From Candidatus Latescibacterota bacterium (GTDB lineage Bacteria; Latescibacterota; UBA2968; GCA-2709665): 64,000 bases of DNA. Each line of letters starts with the position of its first letter. The first letter of the stretch is position 1. The stretch lies in contig OZ244937.1 in assembly GCA_965222075.1 (NCBI GenBank), positions 1,888,001 through 1,952,000 of the forward strand, given 5' to 3'. Positions 37,312-46,707 of the stretch are shown in pieces. Under the pieces are notes generated by a model that was not told the origin of the DNA, ran no database searches, and saw only the letters and a program-made list of their open reading frames with translations. Both the position numbers and the translations under genes were made by a program.

Positions 37312-39315
37312 TCAATACCACTTGTGCACCGTGTGGCCCTGCTTGCCGAACCAGACGGCGTCCACAACCAGGCCGGTCGCCGTAGCCAGGATGTAGGCGA
37401 CGAGCACACCGATGAAAAACGGCCTGGATTTTCGGTAAAAAGAGGCCCCCACGAGTTTGAGCAGAATAAACTTGGTCAGCCAGGCCAGAAAGAGCGTAAA
37501 ACTCGTCAACCGCGTCAGCCAGGCACCGGACAGGGCGAACCCCACCGGATGGAACGGCCACCAGGCAAAGCGGAAGCGCATGATGTTCAAAAACGTCATA
37601 AACACGGCACCGGCCAAGAAGAACCAGTAATCGGCCGCCTCCATCGCTTCGGGAGAGATGATATCGTTCACCGCCCGCTGGTACCCGCCCGCCCCTGCCC
37701 GGATAATCAGCCAGTTGGGCTGAAAATTGTACCCCCCGATCGTGTAACCCAGCCAGATCGTGAACAGCGTGGAGGCCACAATACCCAGCACGAAGGCCGC
37801 GTACACGCCGCCGAAAAACCGCCGCTTGCCGCCGGAAATAAAGTCGCCCAGGCGGTTGATATGCGTACCCACAGAAAACGCAAACCCCCGGAAATGGTTG
37901 ATGGCGACCGATGCCGGGTAAAGAATTGCGTGGGACGCGGCGGAGATCGCGCTTGCCCCCCCAAGCGCCGCCGACGCGAGATTCCACGCCGACGTGGGCG
38001 ACCCCACGTAGATGTGCCCCGAATCGGCCAGAATCTTGGCCACCCCGAAGTAGACCAGAAACATGGTCGGAAGCAGGACAAAGATCACGGTCACATCCAT
38101 CCCTGCCTGCCAGAGCCACGCAACAACGTAAAGACAGGAAACCCCCAGGCCCAGAAAAGCCGCCCGGTAGGAAAGCAGCTCCCCGCTGTCGTCAACAGGC
38201 GACTCCTTCGGACGGAGGGCCTTCATAAAGGCGTCTCGCAGGTGTCCCCGGGACACCAGCAACCACCAGATGGCCAGGGCCACAAACGCGCCGCCCGTCT
38301 GCCACCGGTAACGCCCGGCCATGTAATTGGGCGAAATCGCCTCCACGCCCAACCGGTTCAGAATACCCCCCTCAAAAATGAACAGCAAATCAAAGAACCA
38401 GAGGCTGAAAAGCACCTCCAGGCTGGCAAAATAGGAAAAGCAGATCACCACCACACTCAGAAAAATCCACTGCGGGGGAAACTGCCGGCCCAGCGAAATC
38501 CAGGTTCCCTGCGCTGTGGGAAAGGTCGGAAAGGTGGGATAAAACCAGGCGATGATATTCCACCCGAAAACAAAATAGGTAATCGCAAACCCAACCCAGA
38601 ACGCCTTCCCCTGCATAAATTCCGGCAGCGTGCGCTGTCCGCTGCCCGCATGGGAGGTCATCTCCACAATCGGCTCCATAGCTGGATAAACGATCTTCTC
38701 GTGCTCGGACCACTGCCGATGAATAATAATGGCCGCGCACAAGCAGGCCAGCGCCACGGCGCTTACAAACGTGAACCACCAGAAAAGCGGCATCGCCCAG
38801 GCCTCCCAGGGAATCGGCACCCCCGCGGGCAGGCCGTCGTAAAACCAGGTCATCGCCCCGTCTTTGTTTGTGGGGATAATCCAGTCGGGCAGATAGGGAT
38901 GCAGAAATTCCACCCACCGGTTCTCGGGCGTTGCGAAATAATAGGGCGTAACAATAACGCCCACCAGGTACCCGCTCACCCCGTAGGTCGGCCCGAGCGA
39001 GCTGATAAATCCCATCGCGAAAATGGTAATCCACTCGCTCGGAGAAAAAACAAACGCTTTCCCCACCCACCGGCCCAGCGCAGAACAGACGATAATGGAC
39101 AGCAGCGAAAGAATCAGGTTGCCCATGGGCATGTGGCTGTACGCCATAAACGAGGCGTGCAGAATATAGCGAACCGTATTGCCCAGCACGCTGATGGCAA
39201 CCACCAGGCAGAGCCCAAAAATGATCGACCGGTACGTCACCCCCCGGTCTTCCAGGGGTTGCTCGAACGCTTCAGGAAGATGCGCCTGCACAGCCTGTGG
39301 AGGCGATTGGCTCAA
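37312..39315 (-). CDS. Polytopic membrane protein, DUF6785/DUF6784 (second paralogue)
   Basis: 'PYYFATPENRW', 'RQWSEHEKIVYP', 'WWPFHPVG'; many TMs. Confidence 0.82.
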   Translation of the reverse strand: MSQSPPQAVQAHLPEAFEQPLEDRGVTYRSIIFGLCLVVAISVLGNTVRYILHASFMAYSHMPMGNLILSLLSIIVCSALGRWVGKAFVFSPSEWITIFAMGFISSLGPTYGVSGYLVGVIVTPYYFATPENRWVEFLHPYLPDWIIPTNKDGAMTWFYDGLPAGVPIPWEAWAMPLFWWFTFVSAVALACLCAAIIIHRQWSEHEKIVYPAMEPIVEMTSHAGSGQRTLPEFMQGKAFWVGFAITYFVFGWNIIAWFYPTFPTFPTAQGTWISLGRQFPPQWIFLSVVVICFSYFASLEVLFSLWFFDLLFIFEGGILNRLGVEAISPNYMAGRYRWQTGGAFVALAIWWLLVSRGHLRDAFMKALRPKESPVDDSGELLSYRAAFLGLGVSCLYVVAWLWQAGMDVTVIFVLLPTMFLVYFGVAKILADSGHIYVGSPTSAWNLASAALGGASAISAASHAILYPASVAINHFRGFAFSVGTHINRLGDFISGGKRRFFGGVYAAFVLGIVASTLFTIWLGYTIGGYNFQPNWLIIRAGAGGYQRAVNDIISPEAMEAADYWFFLAGAVFMTFLNIMRFRFAWWPFHPVGFALSGAWLTRLTSFTLFLAWLTKFILLKLVGASFYRKSRPFFIGVLVAYILATATGLVVDAVWFGKQGHTVHKWY

Positions 39316-39377
39316 TACGCTCCCTCTGCGGGAAATCCCGTCCCTTCCGTAGTTTTTCCGTGGATTCCGTGGCGCTT

Positions 39378-40169
39378 CTAAAGCGCCACAATCTGCTTCA
39401 TCCGCTTCGCCATCTCAACCTGCACCTCCCGGTCTCCGCCCACCTCGTGGATCACATAGGAATCGTACCCGATCCCCCGGAGTTCCGCCATCACGCCAGG
39501 CCAGTCCGTATCCCCTTCCAGGAGATGCACAAACCGATGCTCCTTCCGGAGGAAATCCTTGAAATGCACCCGCACGATCCGGCCCCCCAGCCCCCGGATC
39601 CAGTGCTCTGGAAAACCGTAGGCCATCATATTCGCCGTATCCAGATACGTCCCCACCCACGGGCTGCTCACCGCATCCACGAACGCCGCCATCTCCCGGG
39701 GGCTCAACAGGAATTTGTTCCACACATTTTCAATCCCGATGGCCACCCCCGCCTCCTCGGCCGCCGGCGCCATCTCCCGCATCACCCCCAGCATCCCGTC
39801 CCACGCCTGCTCGTAGGTCCCCTCAGCCGTCAACTGCCCCGGGTGCAGGAGCACCGCGTCCACCCCCAGTACATGAGCGATCTCCAGAGACCGCGCCAGA
39901 TTCCTCTGCCCCTTTTCCCGCTCGCCCGCATCCAGGCTCAGCAAACTGCCGCGCTCTGCGTACTGGCTGATGGAACTGCCGATCTCGACCCCCACCTCAT
40001 CGCACCGCGCCCGCACCCCCCGAATCTCATCGTCGCTCATATTCACATCCAGATCGCGACCCTCCCCAAAAACAAGCTCCAGCGCCTCGTATCCCGCACC
40101 CTGGCAGAGCTGGAGCGTCTCATCCAGGGAATAGTTCCCCAGAATAATCTGCGTCACACCGATCTTCAT
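39378..40169 (-). CDS. Sugar phosphate isomerase/epimerase (hexulose-6-P isomerase-like TIM barrel)
   Basis: ATG 40169 after AGGAGG; 'IENVWNKFLLSP.E', 'DTAN', 'VHFKDF', 'LLEGDTDW'. Confidence 0.9.
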   Translation of the reverse strand: MKIGVTQIILGNYSLDETLQLCQGAGYEALELVFGEGRDLDVNMSDDEIRGVRARCDEVGVEIGSSISQYAERGSLLSLDAGEREKGQRNLARSLEIAHVLGVDAVLLHPGQLTAEGTYEQAWDGMLGVMREMAPAAEEAGVAIGIENVWNKFLLSPREMAAFVDAVSSPWVGTYLDTANMMAYGFPEHWIRGLGGRIVRVHFKDFLRKEHRFVHLLEGDTDWPGVMAELRGIGYDSYVIHEVGGDREVQVEMAKRMKQIVAL

Positions 40170-40280
40170 ATTCCTCCTCCTTACCAGAATTTCCTCCAAA
40201 ACCTCCGGCACCAAACATAAGTGCTCCAGCCAAAAGATGCAAGCCATTCCGTCTTTTGTTGAAGACAGGGAAACCGGCGC

Positions 40281-40309
40281 TTGACATAGCATTGATGTTC
40301 AGATATATT
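40281..40309 (+). promoter_or_regulatory. Sigma-70 promoter followed by AGTATT repeats
   Basis: TTGACA-17 nt-TATATT, then GAGTATTACAATTAGTATTAATATT. Confidence 0.7.
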
Positions 40310-40363
40310 GAGAGTATTACAATTAGTATTAATATTTATCATACCAGGAAGGAGGAAAGACCC

Positions 40364-40462
40364 TTGGCTGTCCGCAAAATCGCCATCACCGTTCCCCCTG
40401 CAATCCTTCAGCGCATCGATGGATGGGCGGAAAAACTGAAGAAATCGCGGAGGCCCCGATGA
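40364..40462 (+). pseudogene. Truncated CopG/ribbon-helix-helix regulator (antitoxin-like) remnant
   Basis: AAGGAGG RBS, TTG start, MAVRKIAITVPPAILQRIDGWAEKLKKSRRPR*. Ribbon and first helix present; second helix missing. Confidence 0.6.
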
Positions 40463-41730
40463 TAGTCAAACAGATCGAACTCATCTACCTGGATGTCCCC
40501 TTTACGCCTCACACCGACAAACACATCCAGTACTGGCTCCCCGCCTGGCGGATCTTCCAGATCTGCAAGCTCAGCCTGGACAACGGCCAGGTCGGCTGGG
40601 GCGAAACCCTCCACAACTACACCTGGTCACAGGTGCCGGAGGACATCGAGAAACGCGCGGTGGGCCGTCCCGCCGCCGAACTGATGTGGGACGACAGCCT
40701 GGGGGCCGGCGTGCAGATGGCCCTCTTCGACGCGGTGGCCAGGGCCCAGGGGGTGCCGGTCTACCGGCTGCTGGGCGCTAAAGTCAGAGACTGGTGCCCC
40801 ATCTCCTGGTGGAACATCGACATGCCCGCTAAGGACTGGGCCGAGGAGTGCCGGCAGGCCGTGAAAGCCGGCTACACGAGCGCCAAACTCAAGGCCCGTC
40901 CCTGGTTCGACCTCCACGCCGGCATCCAGGCCATCCGCAGGGTCGTACCCGCAGGGTTTCACCTGGACTTAGACTACAACGGCACCCTGGGCAACTCCGC
41001 CAACGCGGTGCCCCACCTCAAAGAACTGGAGGCCTACGAGCAGGTCGCCATGATCGAATCCCCCATCCCCCAGAACGATGTGGCCGGAAACCGCCAGATC
41101 CGCACCCGCTTCAACCGCCCCTTAGCCATGCACTACGGCAATCCCCCGATTATGACAGCCCTGGCCGAAGACGTCACCGACGGCTTCGTGCTCGGCGTGG
41201 GCACCTCCCGCCTCCTGCGCCAGGCCGCGATTTGCGAAGAGGCCAACAAACCCTTCTGGCTGCAGCTCGTCGGCAGCGGCATCACCACCGCCTGGGCCGC
41301 CCACATGGGCGCGGTCCTGTCCCAGGCCAAGTGGCCTGCCATCACCTGCATGAACGTCTGGCAGCACCCGTTGATTACACCCGGGCACGAGATCCGCGGC
41401 GGCTTCTACCGCGTTCCCGAAACCCCGGGCCTGGGCGTAGAGATCGACCAGGCGGCCCTCAAGCGCTATCGCGTCGACTACGACACCGTCGAAACCCCTC
41501 CCCACCTCTACCGGTACGTCCGGGCCAGCGGAGAGGTGACGTACTACGCCTGCGACCGGCAGGAACTCCACCAGGTCTACCCCTCAGACGCCCAGCCGAT
41601 CTCGGAGAAAGGCTCAACCCTGGAGGTTGTCCCGGACGACGGAAGCAGCGCCTTTCAGAAGCTGTATCGTGAAACGGTGCAGGCTTCGGTACGACGGGTC
41701 GAAAGGCGGCGAAAAAAGAGAGAGGCGTAA
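40459..41730 (+). CDS. Mandelate racemase/muconate lactonizing enzyme (enolase superfamily)
   Basis: 'GWGET', 'MALFD..ARAQGVPVYRLLG', KxK 'AKLKAR', 'IESP', 'PGLGVEID'. Confidence 0.9.
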   Translation: MIVKQIELIYLDVPFTPHTDKHIQYWLPAWRIFQICKLSLDNGQVGWGETLHNYTWSQVPEDIEKRAVGRPAAELMWDDSLGAGVQMALFDAVARAQGVPVYRLLGAKVRDWCPISWWNIDMPAKDWAEECRQAVKAGYTSAKLKARPWFDLHAGIQAIRRVVPAGFHLDLDYNGTLGNSANAVPHLKELEAYEQVAMIESPIPQNDVAGNRQIRTRFNRPLAMHYGNPPIMTALAEDVTDGFVLGVGTSRLLRQAAICEEANKPFWLQLVGSGITTAWAAHMGAVLSQAKWPAITCMNVWQHPLITPGHEIRGGFYRVPETPGLGVEIDQAALKRYRVDYDTVETPPHLYRYVRASGEVTYYACDRQELHQVYPSDAQPISEKGSTLEVVPDDGSSAFQKLYRETVQASVRRVERRRKKREA

Positions 41731-41737
41731 GCGATAC

Positions 41738-41775
41738 AAAAACCCCCTGCCGCTTCACATTGCAGCAAGGGGTTT
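41738..41775 (-). terminator. Terminator between convergent genes
   Basis: Minus strand AAACCCCTTGCTGC-loop-GCGGCAGGGGGTTTTT. Confidence 0.6.
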
Positions 41776-41928
41776 ATGCGCATCGGAAGACTGTTTGCTT
41801 ACCCACGGACTGACTCATCCATACCGCACCCCCGTCGGAATCACGTCCTTCCCCTCCCGCATCGCCAGTGCCGTCTCCAGCGTGAAAGCCTCCCCAACGG
41901 CCTCCTCCCGTTCCAGAAAGCGAATCCG

Positions 41929-43236
41929 TTATTCAACAAACGCCCGGTAAATCGCCTGCACCGCCCGCTCGTAATCCTCCTCTTCCACCCCCACGATAAT
42001 ATTGATCTCCGAAGATCCCTGGTCAATCACACGAACGTTCACCCCCGCGTCGGCCAGGGCCACGAAAAGCCGTGCGGCAATCCCTACCCGATGCGACATT
42101 CCCTCGCCCACCGTGGCGATCAACGCCAGCCCGGGGATCAACTCGGTCCGGTCGGGTTCAAGAATCCGCCGGATATCGTTCAGGAGCGCCTCTCCCCTCC
42201 CATCGAGCTCTTCATCCTTTATAATGACCGAGACCGTATCGATACCGGTAGGGGTATGTTCATAACTGATATCGTGGGAAGCGACCACTTCTAAGATCCG
42301 CCGGCCAACCCCCTTCTCCTGGTTCATCAGGGCCTTCTCAATGTAGAGCATCGTAAAATGAGGACGCCCGGCAACGCCCACAATCAATTCATCCGTCAGC
42401 TCCCGCTCGGGCAGAATCAGCGTCCCCGGATCGTCGGGCCGGTTGGTATTCCGAATCTGAATCGGAATGCGGGCCTCACGAACCGGGAACATCGCCTCAT
42501 CGTGAAACACGTCCGCTCCCATATAGGACAGCTCCCGAATCTCCCGATAGGTGATCTCACGCACCGGCCTGGCATCCGGAACCAGGCGGGGATCGGCCAT
42601 CAACATCCCCGATACATCGGTCCAGTTCTCGTATACATCGGCGCCCACGGCCTGTGCCACGATCGCCCCCGTAACATCGGACCCCCCCCGTGAAAAGGTC
42701 TTCACCTGCCCTTCGGAATTGGCCCCGTAAAACCCCGGAATCACATACAACCCGTCCCCGCCCAGATGCTCCTTTAAAAGCGCATAGCTTACAGGATCGA
42801 ACTGGCCGTCGGGACGAAACCGTATGGCCTCTGCAGCATCCACAAACGCCGCCCCAAGCAGATCGGCCAGCACCTGCCCGCAGAGATACTCTCCCCGGGA
42901 TGCTACAAAGTCGCTGCTTGCTCCCTCCTGGATATCCTCGCGAAGCTGGTCCAACAGACCGTCAATATCCAGTCCCAGGCCCAACGCCTCCACCAGTTCC
43001 CGGTAGCGAGCCCGAATACGTCCGTAAGGCTCAGAAAAATCCAGCTTCTGCCGGGCCAGCTCGCAGCAGAGGTAAAGCAGATCGGTTATCTTGGTATCCT
43101 CCAGGTTGCGCTTACCCGGCGCGGAAGGTACCACAAACCGACGACGTACATCCGAACCGATAATCTGCTTCACCTTCCTGAACTGGCCTGCATTCGCCAG
43201 CGAAGTCCCCCCGAACTTGCAGACAATCGACGCCAC
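41929..43236 (-). CDS. lysC: Aspartate kinase
   Basis: GTG 43236; 'KFGGTSLA', 'VVPSAPGK', 'SRGE', 'TFSRGGSDVTG', 'WTDVSG..ADP'; two ACT domains. Confidence 0.95.
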   Translation of the reverse strand: MASIVCKFGGTSLANAGQFRKVKQIIGSDVRRRFVVPSAPGKRNLEDTKITDLLYLCCELARQKLDFSEPYGRIRARYRELVEALGLGLDIDGLLDQLREDIQEGASSDFVASRGEYLCGQVLADLLGAAFVDAAEAIRFRPDGQFDPVSYALLKEHLGGDGLYVIPGFYGANSEGQVKTFSRGGSDVTGAIVAQAVGADVYENWTDVSGMLMADPRLVPDARPVREITYREIRELSYMGADVFHDEAMFPVREARIPIQIRNTNRPDDPGTLILPERELTDELIVGVAGRPHFTMLYIEKALMNQEKGVGRRILEVVASHDISYEHTPTGIDTVSVIIKDEELDGRGEALLNDIRRILEPDRTELIPGLALIATVGEGMSHRVGIAARLFVALADAGVNVRVIDQGSSEINIIVGVEEEDYERAVQAIYRAFVE

Positions 43237-43299
43237 TTCCAAACCTCCGTCAAACGGCAAAAGGTGAGGAGGCATCCCACAGGAATTTTAAAACAGCTT

Positions 43300-44229
43300 C
43301 TAAGAAGCCGGTTTAGAAGCCAGCTTCTGGCGTTCTACACGAAGCGTTTTAAGCAGCTTCTTGACCTCCCGATTCGAGGGGGCGATCCTCACCGAACTGT
43401 TCAGGGCCTCAATCGCAGCATCCAGATCGGACAGCTCACGGGTTTTCTGATAAATATCTGTGTAGCCAAGCCCCAGCACATGATATGCACGTGCCTTGTC
43501 TTTGTCGGACAGGGATTCATAGGATAGGGCATCTCCCGCTAAGACAATGGCATCTTCGGAGTCCTGCGTACAGAACGAATAGTACGAAGCGAAGACACGG
43601 GCCCGGGCAATCACATCTTCACCCGCGCCATATTGAATCCCCCTGTTTACCACCTTTAACGCTTCGTCGAAACGCTTGAAGGTCTGCAACATGCGGGCGA
43701 TATCCACCGCCTGCCTGCACAGCCTGTCTCTCCATTTCCGATCCACAGGCAAATGTCGGAATGTATAACCCGACCAAATGCTGTCCTGCTCGGTCCACAT
43801 CCTCAGGACTCCGTCAGCCATTTTTTGGTTTTTCAGCTTTGAGGCCGTTCGGGACAGGTAGTAGGTATTGTCATAGTAGAGCTTTCCCAGCCTCCGAAGC
43901 ACCGGCAGATAGTCGGGAATAATAGCGTAGGCCTGTCTGTAGAGGACGATCACGGAATCGCCCATCACAGCATCAACACCAGCAAGCAGCGCTTGCGCCT
44001 CCAGGAGCTTCAGGCGTCGCTCGCGCGCCTGTTTACCGGCCGGCGTTTTTGGATACCGTTGGGCAATCTCACCATAACTGTCGATCGCCTTTGGAAGGGT
44101 CTCCAGCTCCTCTTCCAGGTCCCGGGACGTCACATAATACATCCGTTTGGCCTCTTCCGCCTGCCGATCTGTACAGGCCGAACCCACCAAAAGACCGATA
44201 CCCACCATCACCCGAAGGTACTTTCCCAT
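43300..44229 (-). CDS. TPR-like helical lipoprotein
   Basis: Lipobox GSAC; 'YP.TPAG'; TPR-like 'ARAYHVLGL.Y...AIEAL..SV.IAP'. Confidence 0.7.
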   Translation of the reverse strand: MGKYLRVMVGIGLLVGSACTDRQAEEAKRMYYVTSRDLEEELETLPKAIDSYGEIAQRYPKTPAGKQARERRLKLLEAQALLAGVDAVMGDSVIVLYRQAYAIIPDYLPVLRRLGKLYYDNTYYLSRTASKLKNQKMADGVLRMWTEQDSIWSGYTFRHLPVDRKWRDRLCRQAVDIARMLQTFKRFDEALKVVNRGIQYGAGEDVIARARVFASYYSFCTQDSEDAIVLAGDALSYESLSDKDKARAYHVLGLGYTDIYQKTRELSDLDAAIEALNSSVRIAPSNREVKKLLKTLRVERQKLASKPAS

Positions 44230-44280
44230 AGTCGCCATCTCCTTACCACACCTTTTAAACCTACTCCACATCTGCCCGCA

Positions 44281-45228
44281 TCAACACCCTGAGGGGATCT
44301 TTTTTTGCATACGCTCAACCAGCCGTCGATTGAACTCCTGGGCGGTGTGATAGCCCTGCATCTTAAGCTGGTAGTTGAGTGCAATCGCTTCGGCAATCAC
44401 CGTAATATACTTACCCGGATAGATCGGAATCGTAACCTGGGGAATCTCCACATCTAAAATCGAGACCCAGTCTTCATCCAGGCCGATCCGATCGTATCTC
44501 TCAGAATCGTCCCACTCCACCAGTTTTACAACCACCTCGATCCGTTTCTGAAACCGAACGGCCCGGACCCCGAACATATTCCGGACGTTTAGAACCCCCA
44601 GCCCCCGAATCTCCAAATGATCCCGAAGCGTATCCGCGCTTGTCCCCACCAGCATACCCTGCAACTTCCTGAATACGAACACGACGTCATCTGCAACCAG
44701 CGTGTGTCCCCGTTCCACAAGATCAAGGGCAATTTCACTCTTGCCAATACCGCTGCGTCCAATAAAGAGCAGGCCGATACCGTAAACATCCACCAACGAC
44801 CCATGCTGTGTCGTTCTGGGAGCAAAAACATCATCTAAGCAATCGGAGAGAAAATGGGAAAACTTCGTCGTGGAAAAGGAGGTCGTCAACAGGGGCACAC
44901 CCCGCTGATCGGACAGTTCCTTCATCACGGGCAGAACATCGTTATCGTCGGTAATCACAAGACAGGGAATATCAAACTGGTAAATGGTCTCCAGCACCAT
45001 CCGACACTTCTCCGAGGAAAGCCCCCCCAGGTAGAGCATCTCGGAATTGCCCATGACCTGCGCCCGGTCGTAGGTAAAAAGCCCGACAAAACCGGCCAGC
45101 ACCAGGCCAGGCCTGTGGACATCGCTGAATGCAAGCTTATTGTCCAGCCCCTTGTGACCGGCAACCAGCTCCAAAGACAGCTTTTCACCGTAGTCCTGAA
45201 TCACCTCACCTATGGAGATCGTCTGCAC
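44281..45228 (-). CDS. hprK: HPr(Ser) kinase/phosphorylase
   Basis: 'HRPGL.LAGF', 'HGSLVDVYG.G', Walker A GRSGIGKSE, 'LVADD', 'EIRGLG', 'YDRIG'. Confidence 0.96.
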   Translation of the reverse strand: MQTISIGEVIQDYGEKLSLELVAGHKGLDNKLAFSDVHRPGLVLAGFVGLFTYDRAQVMGNSEMLYLGGLSSEKCRMVLETIYQFDIPCLVITDDNDVLPVMKELSDQRGVPLLTTSFSTTKFSHFLSDCLDDVFAPRTTQHGSLVDVYGIGLLFIGRSGIGKSEIALDLVERGHTLVADDVVFVFRKLQGMLVGTSADTLRDHLEIRGLGVLNVRNMFGVRAVRFQKRIEVVVKLVEWDDSERYDRIGLDEDWVSILDVEIPQVTIPIYPGKYITVIAEAIALNYQLKMQGYHTAQEFNRRLVERMQKKIPSGC

Positions 45229-45342
45229 AGCCTATTCCTCGGTTTCCGAACGCACCGCGGGAGAAGCCTACACTGGCCCCAGCCTGCGACGTTTGTCGTG
45301 TAACTTCCAAAACCCCGACAAAAGCCCATTTTGCCCACGAGG

Positions 45343-45371
45343 AATATATGCCAAAAACCTCCACCTGTCAA
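45343..45371 (-). promoter_or_regulatory. Sigma-70 promoter for the hprK operon
   Basis: Minus strand TTGACA-17 nt-TATATT. Confidence 0.65.
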
Positions 45372-45404
45372 GCGTGTCCCCCCTTTTCAGAAAGGACTTC
45401 CCGC

Positions 45405-45433
45405 TTGACTTCCCCTCCTCAAAATACTATACT
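45405..45433 (+). promoter_or_regulatory. Divergent sigma-70 promoter
   Basis: TTGACT-17 nt-TATACT; supports the start at ATG 45482. Confidence 0.65.
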
Positions 45434-45481
45434 CTCAGCGCGGCAAATCGTCCTCTGTTCTCAAATTCCGGGTCCAATATT

Positions 45482-46699
45482 ATGGTATTCACGCTTAGTC
45501 TGTTCATTGCCTTTCTGATTTTCTTTTTCGGGAGTCGTTTTTTTGAGCGCCACAACATCCCGGCGCCCCTCGACAGCCTCCGCATGGGACAGTTGCACCA
45601 TCTGCTGCTGGGCATCTTTATCGGGCTGTTCTTTCCTTCAAATAACGCCCTGGTCCACCTCTTTGAAGGACTCAGATACAGCCTGGTAGGCATCGCTCTG
45701 GTCTGGTTCGGATTTCAAGCTGGCCTCAATTTTGACCTCCAAAGGTTTCGAACGCATCCACCCCGTCAGCTCCTTTCAGAGACAATACAGGCAGTCGGTA
45801 CGTTCCTGCTGGTATTTCTGGGCGTCATCGCCAGCAGGCCATTGCTGAACACCTACCTGGGAGTAGAAAAAGACATCACCCTGGTAGCCCTCCTGCTTGG
45901 GGCCTTTGCAACAACCCTCCGCACTCCGATCTTTCACTGGAGAAAAAAAACCTTATCCCCCTCCGTTTGCGCCAATCCGGTCGGCCTCATCCTCTTTGGC
46001 TTACTCTTCCCTCTGGTGGGGGAAAACACTGTCCTCCGCCCACTTATCCTGGTGGGTTACGCAAACACCCTCGCCATCCTTGCAGGGCTGGGACTTCTGT
46101 TGGGCATCACACTCGATTTCATTTTCCACGCCCACAAAGAGAGCCTCAGATGCATCTATCTATCAGTGGGGATTATCGCTGCCATAGGCGGTCCCTGTCT
46201 ACCACTCCAGACCCCCGGCATTTTCGTCGGATTTGTAGGAGGGGGGTGGCTGATTAACACAACCGTTCGGCGGCGGGAGGTTCTGGAACTGGCCGAACGC
46301 GCAGGGGCCGTTGCAGAACCGATCTTCTTTATGCTCCTGGGCAGTCTTATGGTTGGCGGTGAAGAATCCTTTTTCAAACCCTATCCCCTCGTTCTCTTCA
46401 CCGTCGGCCTCTTCCTGATGAGAGGCCTGATCAGGATGCTGGGCGTCGTTGCAGCCTGGCACATTTCGGACCGGAACCGGACCTGGCAGAATATCATAGA
46501 TGTGGGATGGTGCCCTTTGGGCACCCTCTCTGCTGCCCTCGTTGTTCAGGGCCTTTATCTGCCGCTCCGGCTTACCCACAACACTTTGATAGCAGGCGCG
46601 CTGTTCTCGGTGTTTTTGAGTCAGATATTTCTCACCTCACCCTCCAGAAAAAGCGTTGTCCATTCTCCTTCATCTCAGCCTGGTTCCTTGCAGGCATAG
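45482..46699 (+). CDS. Polytopic membrane protein, divergent cation:proton antiporter (CPA2)-like
   Basis: About 12 TMs; 'LLLGIFIG', 'WFGFQAGLNFD', 'EPIFFMLLG'. Confidence 0.6.
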   Translation: MVFTLSLFIAFLIFFFGSRFFERHNIPAPLDSLRMGQLHHLLLGIFIGLFFPSNNALVHLFEGLRYSLVGIALVWFGFQAGLNFDLQRFRTHPPRQLLSETIQAVGTFLLVFLGVIASRPLLNTYLGVEKDITLVALLLGAFATTLRTPIFHWRKKTLSPSVCANPVGLILFGLLFPLVGENTVLRPLILVGYANTLAILAGLGLLLGITLDFIFHAHKESLRCIYLSVGIIAAIGGPCLPLQTPGIFVGFVGGGWLINTTVRRREVLELAERAGAVAEPIFFMLLGSLMVGGEESFFKPYPLVLFTVGLFLMRGLIRMLGVVAAWHISDRNRTWQNIIDVGWCPLGTLSAALVVQGLYLPLRLTHNTLIAGALFSVFLSQIFLTSPSRKSVVHSPSSQPGSLQA

Positions 46700-46707
46700 C
46701 GCAGATT

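Noticed and set aside
37324-39381. 685-aa plus-strand ORF
   Set aside because: Antisense shadow of the DUF6785 gene; typical of GC-rich coding DNA.
43237-43299. Lysine riboswitch upstream of lysC
   Set aside because: The intergenic gap is only ~60 nt; lysC appears co-transcribed with the upstream genes.
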